Of a DNA stretch of 64,000 bases, positions 53,390 through 64,000 are shown piece by piece (position 1 is the first letter of the stretch; every line of letters begins with the position of its first letter). A model generated the notes under the pieces. It searched no databases. It saw only the letters and a program-made list of their open reading frames with translations, and was not told the DNA's origin. Origin of the DNA: Raillietiella orientalis (taxonomy: Eukaryota); assembly GCA_036172245.1 (NCBI GenBank), contig JAYWIR010000003.1, positions 7,006,001 through 7,070,000 of the forward strand, in the 5' to 3' direction. A program made the position numbers and the translations under genes.

Positions 53390-55120
53390 GCCTTCCCTGT
53401 TCGGTGCCAAAGTCTCGGGGTGTACAAGAGGGCTGAGCCAGCCGCCCCCAGAGGGCAGAGCCATACAGCAGACCACGGGATGCCTGAACTCCTCGAGAGG
53501 AGCGGCCTCGCGAATTGCAATGATCCAGAAAATGACTTCATTTTCATCGCCTAGGTGAGACGATTTTGCAGTTGGCATCAGTTCGGAGCTATCGGGATCA
53601 TCGGTTGCAGTGTGTGAACACGTTTTTGAGAGACTGAACTGCCAAATAGGAAATGGGGGAGCTGCGAGTCCGCGGAAGCATCGAATTGGAGCAGGAGGGG
53701 AGGGGAATTTGAGGATATGCCAAGCTTTCTCCTCTTCAGCAATCCGCGGACGTTGGCGAACAGAAGCTCAAACAAATGTGCGTTACTTTCTAAATGATTT
53801 GGAACGTGCTGAAGTGTGCAGTACCACAGATGATGACGCGATGAAGGATAGGGTCACAATGGCACTCCGGGTGCCAGGAGCACCTTTCTTGATGTCCCAA
53901 AGGCGCGAAAAGAATTTGAAGCGAGATCTCGAATTCCGCGCTTGCCGCTCTGAGTGCATCTCCGCGTTCTCGGATCGTGCAGTTTCCTCCCGGAGGAATA
54001 TTTTCGCATACCACCTTCAAGCATCGACTGCCTCCTCTTGCAAGTGGCCTCTGCAAGAAGCAGCAGTAGAAGCTCTCCTCGACCACTCCGAAATGTGGAA
54101 GATGGCGCGGGGATGCGATGAAGGAAGAGGTGGATACATCGGATGGTATGCGCTTTGCATCTCTCTCCTCGCCACGTCCGTGAAGCAGGTTAACCACGCG
54201 TTCACAGGGTCTCACCACAAGGCAATCGACACGACCGCGAAATCCGGAGATGGGAACTTTCGTGCTTGTCTCTGACCAGAGTTCAGGATGACCTGTGATG
54301 TTATCCATTTTGCCTACGTTGCTGTAGGGCGAAAGCCTCGCAAAGTGGGCAAGCTTTTGCATAGGTAAGAGAAATCATCAGGAAAATAACTTTCAGAGCA
54401 CCTCAATGCTTTCTTCCAATCCATGGATGCCACCCTAAAAGTCGCTTTTCGCCCAACTGCGAGAATGCTGAGAGCTCCTCGGACTTTCGGGAACGCCAAA
54501 GGTCCCTCAGCTTCTCTTGAAGCTCACAGATCAACAAGACTACCTGGAATTGCGGAGCTCTCGAAGGACACGAAACTCAGCGGTGCCTTGGAAACGTAAA
54601 TTGAGAGGAGCGGAGGACGACTTGCTCCCAGGTCCTTCAGTTCATCGAAAGTCGAGAATTCTCGTAAGAGAGCTCTTACGGGGTTTCCCACGCTACTGCT
54701 AGGCTGGGAATCTCCAGACCGTCCGCGAGGAATCGAGCAGTGAGACCGACTGCCCGTCATCCTCTGCCTGAATCATCCCGCTAAGAGAGTGCACGAAAGT
54801 GGTCGCCAGTTAAGTCTGTTGGCATCTGGAAAGGCAGGTTCGATCCCGAAGATGGCCAGGTAGGATGGCCACTCCTCCAGATCTCCCGTCATCGACACTC
54901 AGAACACTCTTTCAGCCTCCTCCTCTCTATGCGGGCAAGCGGTACTCGTCAGAAGACGACTGGGCTGGAGGACGGAATCAACTTCTCCTTTCGTTATCGA
55001 GTTCCGGAAAGTCAACTCTATTGGCGTGACATTTACCGTGACCTCTTTCTGAGAGACTTTTCAAAAGCCTGGCATTCAATGATGGCAGAGATTCCATTCG
55101 AAATGCATCGTTGCGGAGGC
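53390..55120 (-). pseudogene. ORF-X degenerate copy (near-open frame with scattered stops)
   Basis: MTGDLEEWPSYLAI..WRPLSC, LADGL..LAVA, SLPTLRGF, ARKFPSP and DPV collinear with 3030-3700. Confidence 0.6.
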
Positions 55121-55204
55121 TCGGATAGCATAATAATAATAATAAAAAAAACGAGCTGGAGACTTTTCCTGCATACTGTGTGAACCTGGGAAACTGGGCA
55201 CATC

Positions 55205-57080
55205 CTAGGTAAGGGTCAACGGTTCGGAATCCTTTCTGAATCGCTGCAGGCAGGCGTGTGGCTGTGATGAAATAACGATTCCGGTCTGAATGAAAACGTT
55301 CCTTCCCTCAAGAGTCAGCGTAAATGTCACGACTTCAACCCTCGTTCCTGAGTGGCAACCACTGTGCCATGCGGAGAAGACATCCCACTTCCTGTTCACA
55401 TTCGAAAAAGGAAGAACATTTCTCGCGGGACTGATTTTCCCATCTACGTGTTCAGGCTTCAAAGTGGCGACCTTCCTGATTTTCACTGAAAGATCTTTCG
55501 AAAGTAGATGTGCGTTCATTTTCTCAGGGCGATGGAATGTCCTTTATCACCTGGATGAGATTCTTTCTGGAGGCGATCCCTCGTATGCAGGAAAATTCGG
55601 TCCTGAGTGTGTGAGAGTCCATAATTTCCACTGCACGTCTGCAGATCGAATCGTCTCTTCGCGAACAAGATTGAAAACCATGAATCATGTAGGAAACGGA
55701 ATCCTTCAATCCAGAAAAATTGTGGAAGTCTCACTCAGGAAAGTGATGAAAGGAACGCTTCCAGGAAGAAACCACACCCATAATCCAAAACCTGAGAGGA
55801 CGGATTCCACTGCGCACTTCCAGAAAGGTGAACTGGTTTTTAGGTGGATTCGTGGTTTTTAGGCAGCCAGCTCAAACTGGTCCTTCTTTCACATCAAAGA
55901 AATCTCATTTCACAGAGGCAACCCGAATCTATTCGACGCGCTCCTTCCCAGATAAGCAACCGGATGTAATAAATCAGAATCAGTCCCGTGAGCAGGGTTC
56001 CCGTGAAATCAAAAGCCTCAACGAGTCGTCCAGATTTTCGTTTCTCATTCCAGAAAGAAAAGAGGAACAGATGAGATCAACAGCTCTGTTGCAAAAGGAA
56101 CTTAGCAGCCGCGGGGTAACAGATAGTGGAAGAGTGAATTCCCCAGAGCAGATCCTTCCATGAGTATAGGGAATTGAGCACTAATGAGTTCCCATGTCCG
56201 GAAACACACTGCAGCGCCCTCGAAGACTTTCATCAAGTGCTCCAGTTGTTCCTCTCTTGGTATGCCACGCCAAACTGCAAGCTTTGATATGTGTTGGGTT
56301 CCTTCATCTTTCCAGCTTCGGGATGCTCGGAATCAAGCATCTCCTTTCTCTCATGGAGAATTCCACTCGAAATGAAGAGCAAATGCACCACAGTTGTTAG
56401 CAGGAATTTTTTTCCCCCGTCGCCATCCAGGATGCCGATAGGAGGACAGAGGAACCGTCCCATTCAGTTTCATTGGATCAAAGATATGAACTCAGGAGAG
56501 GAAGAGCCTGAAACTGTGAAAGGAGAAGAAATTTGCCGAGAAACCCGAAGATGCACTGCGCCTATCAGAACCAAAAACATTTAAGAGGCTGGGAGAGCCA
56601 TGAATCCACTAGAAACTGCAGGAAGCTGCTCATTCTACTTCCTTAATATGATCACGCCAATGGATACTGGTGGACGGTTAATTGTGAAAAAAAATGTAGT
56701 AGTAACCAATAGCGGTTAGTTGCCTTCTCTGCCTTCGCCTAACACTTTTTAATCCTTGCTAACGTCAAGCTGTATAACCATTCCTGCTCATTACCATTCT
56801 AGGACATTGATCATTTCAGAATGGAAACACAGAAGACAGCATCCTAGATCGAACTGCATTCGATGAAGAGCAGACTCCGCAGATTCATGAATGCAGTGGA
56901 TTCATTTGCAGCTGCTGTGTGTGGTGATTAAGAAAAATTTCCAGATCTTCCCAAATCAGTCTTGGTACTTCGAAAGAGGTTACCATGCCGTGGTAAAAAC
57001 CACGGCGTGCGCTCAACCATCTTTGGGCATACTCGGAGGTCACGGCAAAATCCCTGGTGAGCGAACCGTTCCACGCCACC
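55205..57080 (-). pseudogene. ORF-X degenerate copy
   Basis: GKKFLL (56401-56425), FRTW (56191-56204), SICRRAV and NRKW in order. Confidence 0.62.
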
Positions 57081-57099
57081 CGAGGATGAGCAGTCTTTC

Positions 57100-57400
57100 A
57101 GATAGGGGGTGCCCCGGGAGGGGTCCGCTCCGATCTTTCTTCTCTGAAGGGAACCCGCAAGGATCCGATCCTGTTTTTAATCCTCTGAAGAGAACCCAGA
57201 AGGTGACGCTTCCGAAATTCAGAAGGACGCAGCTTCCACAAAGGGAGCGGCTCACTTCTCTGCACTCCCTGGAGAGGTGGTGGCGACACACCTACTCTAT
57301 CAGTCCGACCGCGGTCCCCTCCGGAATGGGGGGCCCGCTCCTTCACAACCGGAGGGGAGCTCCCACTCCGTGATTCCTGGAAGTACCCGAAGGTCGACTC
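57100..57400 (+). repeat. Rep-H, 3' part
   Basis: ttcttctctgaagggaacccgcaagg..ctctgaagagaaccc..gtgattcctggaag. Confidence 0.75.
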
Positions 57401-58605
57401 CCATTTGTCCCGGTCCTCATCAGGTGGCATCCGATTTCAACCGCTACCAGTGCCGCACCCGGATGAATGTAGGCCGCCAGCGTCATCTCGTGGGGAGAAT
57501 TCAGGACCCACGACGCACTGCGTCTATTCCTTCGGAGTATTCGGACCCACGATGCATGGTACGAAGCGCGGAGACCACCGTAACCACACGGCCTCCGACG
57601 CGGGCCTTGTGGTTACGGTGGTGAACGAACGGGATGGTAAGGAAGGACACAGTTTGGAGAGAGGCGCCTTCCGTGTCGAAGGAAACAGACAGAGCATCAC
57701 CCTCTTCATGAATAGGCAGGAACAAGTCGCACCAGCGAAAATGCGAACAAAGCAATGCTTCCCGTTCTGGAGAAGCCACACCTCCACGGCCCCCACTCTG
57801 CACTCTGGAGAAGAGCTGTAGCGCGCGACGTAGAGAGCATCCGATCTCACCAAAGCCTGAAAGTGAATGTTCCGGAGAAGAGGAAGAATGAAAGATACTT
57901 TACGAGAGGACTATTTTCAAGCGCAACGACAGGATGCGGTAGGAGCCGAAGAAACGGAAGCTCGTTCCACGACGGACTGGTTGCTGCCACCAAAGCCACG
58001 CACGAGTCCTCAAGAGGACCTTCCTTCTCCGTTTCTCACTCCCTCACGACCTGGATCTCGCACAGCCACGGACTTCGTTGCTACGGGCGGAGCCACGGAA
58101 CACAGCGCTGCTGAGCACCGGGGCTCCGCCCGTCACCGTTGGAGCTGTGGGAGGCAGGCGGTCAGGCCGCCACGCCGTGGTCAAAACCATGACGTGCGTT
58201 CGAGACCACAGAGGAAGGAGGTAGCTAGCTACCTAGCATTCCTGCATCAGCCACCTCTCCATCCGCTCTTGGATGAGGAGCGATTAAAGACGCACGTGCG
58301 CGCCTCCGTGCCCCTCGTTCCCCAGGCAACGGGCGAAAAAGATGCGCGCATGAACTGAATGCAGGGGAATTTTTGGCAACTCCGTACGGGAAACGGCAAC
58401 GCCGGAACGTCAACCCTTCACGTGTGTAGCGAGGAGCTGCACACGCTGGCGCTCGTCCGACCCAGGCTGCCGTCCACCGGAGGACCACACCTCCCCAAGC
58501 CAGGAGGGAGCACGCGTTGTCGGCATCCCCTCTGACTGGTGTGACTCCTAGAGGGTGAAGCTGAATTTAATCGATTCACATGCAAGAAGAGGATCGGATG
58601 ATGAG

Positions 58606-58620
58606 ATTAGGTTAGGTTAG
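58606..58620 (+). repeat. TTAGG telomere-like tract
   Basis: ttaggttaggttag. Confidence 0.7.
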
Positions 58621-58639
58621 AAGGCCACACACGTGTGTG

Positions 58640-59900
58640 GTGTTCATCATAGGAAGTGGCTGGAAGCGCAATGCTGACCAACTCTGGATACCACCTCACT
58701 CTGGTCTCCATGATGAGGAAGCTCCATGACGCCCTGCTCCACAGCAGGCTCAGACCAGCGAAGCATTTCCTTCTTGCATATAAGATGAGGGTGGAATCAC
58801 CGACAGCAATCATCGGTGGCTCGTGGTCCAAGCTCCATGTTGCCTTCCGTTGTTACACCGCTCCCAAACTCCTTTCTCTGTTTTTGTCCCGAAAAAAAAT
58901 CTTCAGTCTCTAAGTAGGACAAAAGTATCCCGCCCCATCGTGTCTCCCCATCATCCCACCCTTGCCTTTTCTCGACCCCTGTGCGAAGTCTCAGAACTTC
59001 TCAGTACGCGTAGGCCTTGGCCAGTGCACACTGCATTGCTGACCACATACCAAGTAACAAGGTGAATGCAGAGGAATGGGAATCGCGTTGATGACTCCCG
59101 AAGATAAATTTCATCAGCCAGTTCTTTGACGACTCTGATGCCTACCATTTGACACACGGCAAACCCCTACTAGCGCATTTGCAGATGAAATGCCCCTTGG
59201 GGTTCGCTGCTTCCTTCCTCCGCTCTCTCTTGTTGAAGCCTAACCGTGGTCGACATCTGGCAACTCATTTCGCACGCTGCTCCGCGCATTCCTTTATTTG
59301 CAGTCCCATCTCGCGGGGGACACAAGTCATTATCGCATCCAGGGCGCTTCCTGAGGAACCGGGATTGTTTTCGCGCCACCACCCTGAATTCGCATTTGTC
59401 GTTTCCAACAGCCACTTTATTTTATCTGTCTCGCGGCATCGGGCCGTTGCATGGAACTGTCTCTGAAAACTCCCATCCGAGTTCGTGAGGGCAAACATGT
59501 GGCAAGAAGAGCCTTCCTCCCCCTTAATTAAGCTGCTGCTCGCAGTCGCTGCTCCCATCAATCCGGTGGAAGCCTCCGAAAGAGTGGCTTCCACGTGAGT
59601 TTTCCCCATACTTTTAGGCAAGATCATTTTTATTCCGAGCATTTGCGTCTTGGCCGGTGGCACTGACCACTTCTGATTTAGAACCCCCGCTGCCTTCTCT
59701 AAGGAGGAGGTATGACAATTAAAAGGATGAAATTCCCGCCTTCCGTCCTGTACGTGCTGAAGGGGCTGAAAATGAAAGACGTGAGGTGAAACTGGCCTTC
59801 GAGTCTCAGTTTTCTGTGTGCCTGCTGCATACCACGTCGACAGACCTTGACCTTAAAGGCTAAATGAAACGCAACGCGCAGAACGGTAGCGGGAAAATCC
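58640..59900 (+). pseudogene. ORF-X degenerate copy
   Basis: FRTLLRAF corresponds to VRALLREF; RQDHFYSEHL corresponds to HDVIYHEHV; RMKFP corresponds to GKKFL. Confidence 0.45.
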
Positions 59901-61449
59901 CCTACCAGGGACTCGGGATTGATCTCGCGGCCCCACTCCAACAGCGCCACGAAGAGTCAAGTTCGCTACGAGCTCTTGGCCTCAAAAATGAAATGAAAAG
60001 GTGACGGCACGAGGATCGGCTCAACCATGTCCACGAGCTCCAATCGCCGAACCTTCTTCTGCACCAGATCTCAGCATCTCGTTAACGTGCTCGCCCATCG
60101 TCTCCAAGATCTGGACCGACGGAGGATCCTCCTCCACGCCCGAACCTCAGCAACAAAAGTCTTCCTCCGACTGCACTCCGGGAGGCAGAAACGGCCGTGT
60201 TCCGCAGGTTCCACTCCCGGAAGCCACCACCCTCAGGGCCGCTTGCTTCGGTGGATGCCCATCCAGTGCACATGCAGCCGATTCCGACTTGCACGGTGGC
60301 CGCAGTTCTGGTTCCCGTAGCAACCGACGCCTTCCATGAGATCCGATGGGCGTCGCATGTCTAGGTGCGCTGCAACCCAACGTCGGCCTCACAGCTCCTG
60401 TTCCTCTGAACACCGGTGCTCCGATGATAAAGCGCAGGATCAGACGGTTCGCGGGCCAGTGTGGGAGCAAGCTGCCCAATCCAGCTTTAAGAGTAGGTGG
60501 AGGTCGTTTCCGATGACCGCGAGATCTCGCAAGTCACCTGCTTTACCGGGCGAGACTCCGCTTCCTTCCACTTCCGCTTGAAGGAGAGCCCAGAAATCCT
60601 GAGCGGATAGCTTCGGTGGGAACCGCTGGGGATCCTTCCTCTCGCCCACCCGGAGACGCGTTCGCACGTCCAAACTGCTGCGCCAAGGTTCCCCCTTGGC
60701 CAGGTCTAAGTCTGCCGATTTCGTGACGCACCATTACGTCGCGTTCCGGACGGAGGCGTCGGGGTAGCTCCATGCGAAATGCTGGGGGCGATTCTCTCCG
60801 GGAGGTGGACAGAAGAGAGAAGAAGAACGGAGGAGCGGTGCGTGGAGGGTCCAGGAGGAAGCCCTATCGCGGATTGCAACCGTGGGGCGAAGCTTTCCGC
60901 AGCCAGGGATGTGCGTCGAAGGAGGACCGCAGGCCAGCTGGCACTTCCATTCGGGAGAGCCCGGAGGCTTCCTTGCGCTAAGGTTTGGGAGCAACGGTCA
61001 CTTGAGCTCGTTCGCTGGAGTGGCCACCTTGCACTCGAAGAAGCCCCTGAAGGAATGCGCGAAGAATGCATCCGTTTCTTCTTCTTCTGCTGCTGCTGCA
61101 GCGCCCTGAGCCCACGGTTGGCTCTTGGAGGCAACCTCGACCACCCTCGTTCTGTCTGGCTCCTCTTTTGCCAAGCAGGGTCCCGCTCGCAACGAAAACG
61201 CAAGGCTTTCTGCTTCAAGGAGGGAGCCGACTTGGATGTCTTTTAATGTGAGGCTTCGCGGAAGGAACCCGAAGGAAGGCGTTCATCGAGAGAAACGAAG
61301 GCGGAAGAAAATTTTCCGCAAGCGCAGTTTCGATTCAAATCCTGCGTGCCGCTCGCACCCCCCACTGAGGAGTTCCAAAGAAGAAGCGGACAGAAGACAG
61401 CAATCGAATTTTTTTTCTTCCTTCCCACCCTCCACCCAGAGCAGCAGCC

Positions 61450-63960
61450 GCAGCTACTCGACTTTTTTCTCCACTCCAGCTTCCGCGAGCGAAAAATCCC
61501 AAGGGATGTGGGATCGAATCGCTTCAGGAATGTGAAGGATTCCGGATCCGGTGCCACAAATGCGTACGAGATATGCAGGGACCGAGTCCATCAGACTTTC
61601 GGAGCCGCGGTGAAAGCGCGGGGCCTGCGCTGCCATTGGAACTGCACCGTTGACCACTTGCCGTCCTCCTTCCTCCGAATGCGCGTCCTCCCTTTGGAAG
61701 CGCAGGACGTTCGGCGACGCTTCGGAAGAAGCTCCGCGACGAGAGAGAATAGGCGACATCCAGTTTTCGGTGGTGTGGACACCGAGCAGCACCTGTGGGA
61801 AGGCCACCAAATCACACGTGGTCCGAGGAAACGCTTTCCCGGTCAAGGCGGACCAAAACACATTCTGGTTCCCCAACATCCAGTTAGTGGGACCTCGAAA
61901 AGCGCAAAAGTGGGGCCACTGTGAATTGCGGTCCTTGAAAACCACTACGATCAGGAAAGGATTCTTGATGATGTTGTAAAAGAAAGTAAAAGGCGATCGT
62001 CTGAAAGAACAATTCAATGCTTTCGCTGTACGTCGCTTCCACAAGAAATCAGTTTTAATTTTGCTTCCCGTTTCGTTGTTTTTTTTTTTTTTTTTCCATC
62101 TCCTGTATTGATGTTTCCATGGAAACAGGTCCTCTTTCCGAGAGGTCATCTTTTCCATGGAGGATTCATGCAATTTTGCGCTTACGGAAGAAAATCTGCC
62201 TCGTAAAAGCCCATTAGCAGATGCACTTTAGGAAGCGCTGCTTATAAGCCCATACAGCGGGGGATTCGGGAAGATGGGATGAGTTGCGTCTCCTGGCGCA
62301 CAGCGCCAGGAGGCTGTGCGGCCAGCTTGCTGCATGCTGTGCTTTCCCGAGACCTGCGAAAGTGAGAAAGGTCGGCCTTCCCTTCCTCCCAGCACTTCAG
62401 GCAGAGAGGCCTCCGAACGAGTTTCGCACCTTCAGGAGGCACGAGCTGGGTGGGTGACTCCTGCAAGAGAGACCAGCTGGACCAGTCATCAGGACCCCGG
62501 AAACTGCAGAGGGAAGGGATCGAGGTATCAAAGCGCATTCGGGAAGCACTGATCCCACAGTGGATACGAATGAGCGTGATGAGCGAGGCGCAATTACCTT
62601 CCTGAGCATCTTCCATCCAGGTGTTCAAAGAGGGTTCCATTCCTACCTCGCTCGATATCTATCGTAGGTCGAGTCGTGCCTCGAGCATCGAGAGACCGAT
62701 GATGGTGTGTAACAAACTCGTGTTCGGATCAGCATTGAATGAAGGATCGTACTATCGTCCTGCTACAGAATTATCGAATGAATTCTGGCGGTCAAGTCCT
62801 GAGACCTAACTCAGGGGAGTCCTGAGACCTTACCCGGGGCCAAGTCCTGAGAATTGGCCCCGGAACATCATTCATTATGAAGTTATAACAAGCAGTCAGA
62901 TAGTGGACCAGTCCTCTTACGCTTTGGATCTCTGGAAGGAATGCAGCTGGGAGGGAGAGCTCTTTGCAGGAGGCCGGTAGTTTCCGCACTCCTAGCAACG
63001 CACGCACTTGCAAGAATCTTCGCATCAGAAAAGCATTCCTGCGATGCCACCCCTTCCGTGCATCTCCTTGGAACTGAAGTGTTTTTGACCAAAGCTTGAA
63101 GCGGAAAGGTGAACGATACCATCAGCTTCCGTCTGTCCACCCGTGAGAGCAGCACAGTCGAAGGCCTCGACAGTTTGAAAGTTCCTGGAATGGCTTTTGA
63201 AGTTTGCCGGGGCGCCTCCGCTGCTGGAGTGTCATCAAAGAACGGTCACTTGAGTGCACGCAGATACCTCAGGAAAAAATGGCTGCATTCTCATCCTTGA
63301 AGTAGAGGATAGGTGACCACGGAAACTCCTCTGTGGTTCCTGTTGCAACGAGGAGACGGCAATTGTCTACTCACTGTCGACTCATTGACGACTCACTGAC
63401 TCACGGAACTCAGGAAGGAGCAAACCGAAGTCGTGGGCGAGATGGAAAAAACAGGGTCTCGAACTCGAGTCGAAGGTTCACCGACGGAAAGCGGTGGTTA
63501 CTTAGGAGATTAGGAGATCCCGGGCTCTCATAAGGAAGCAGCGTGTGAATCGGGAGATTCCAAAAACTGACTTGCATCCTCACTGAAGGGACTGCTCCTC
63601 CTCATGAAACGATGCTCAAGGCAACAGCAGGCATCTTGGCATTCGCAGAGATGAACAGGGAATCCCCATCCTCCGGGAACTCGTCCTTTGGGCGCTCACG
63701 TGGCGCCATCACCCTCAACGGCCGAATGACCAATGGACTCTTCGCAACCTATTACGGAAGAAAGTGCCTTTCTTCGGACGAAAGCTGCCAGCGTCAAGCA
63801 GGAACCCTGGAACAGCTGCGAACAGCGTCAAACTCGCCCAAAGCAGTTTGGAACCTCGAAAGTTTTGGTCACTCGAGAATATTCCAGGCGGACGGACAAT
63901 CAGAGCGTCCTCCAAGATATCATCCCAGGTGCACTCCGCACTTTCGACTCAAACTGCTAA
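61450..63960 (-). pseudogene. ORF-X degenerate copy running to the window edge
   Basis: SDQNF (63856-63873), LRTWPRVRS (about 62840), TSIPSL, and VHTTENWM corresponding to VWSTEDNLM. Confidence 0.58.
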
Positions 63961-64000
63961 TCCCACACCCTCTCCCAAGGCAGCCATATCTGGAGGTAGG

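Noticed and set aside
53790..54362. Mononegavirales L-protein 'GHP' motif
   Set aside because: It lies in a different frame from the conserved ORF-X blocks, and no polymerase motifs follow
54663..54680. 8-bp stem palindrome cgtaagag-ag-ctcttacg
   Set aside because: Short enough to be expected by chance
56400..56430. P-loop-like GDGGKK (NACHT/ROC)
   Set aside because: Not GxxxxGK[ST], and paralogous copies read RRWGKK or GARKKK
1..64000. CRISPR arrays, rRNA, tRNA, prokaryotic operons
   Set aside because: None seen; no regularly spaced repeats, and the architecture is eukaryotic

Overview
This is eukaryotic DNA, most likely arthropod: it has a GT-AG intron, TTAGG tracts, L1/Tx1-type retrotransposon remnants and a Hasp/LEV-9-like gene end. 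It is GC-rich and dominated by decayed repeats. The only intact host coding sequence I can support is two spliced terminal exons encoding Sushi/CCP domains (23346-23843). The rest is mostly four things. (i) About 15 frameshifted, mutually diverged fragments of one unidentified large intronless ORF family, here called ORF-X (inferred >1,300 aa, no recognisable RT, transposase or polymerase motif), filling much of 0.9-7 kb and 39-64 kb. (ii) Degenerate L1/Tx1-like LINE pieces (ORF1 zinc knuckles, APE, RT, 3' ends). (iii) One RLE-type (R2/NeSL/Utopia-like) endonuclease remnant. (iv) Eight copies of a hairpin-rich, non-coding repeat of up to about 0.6 kb, here called Rep-H. Most ORFs in the supplied track look like spurious GC-rich frames. 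All homology calls were made by eye, and boundaries of degenerate elements are approximate (about +/-50-100 bp).
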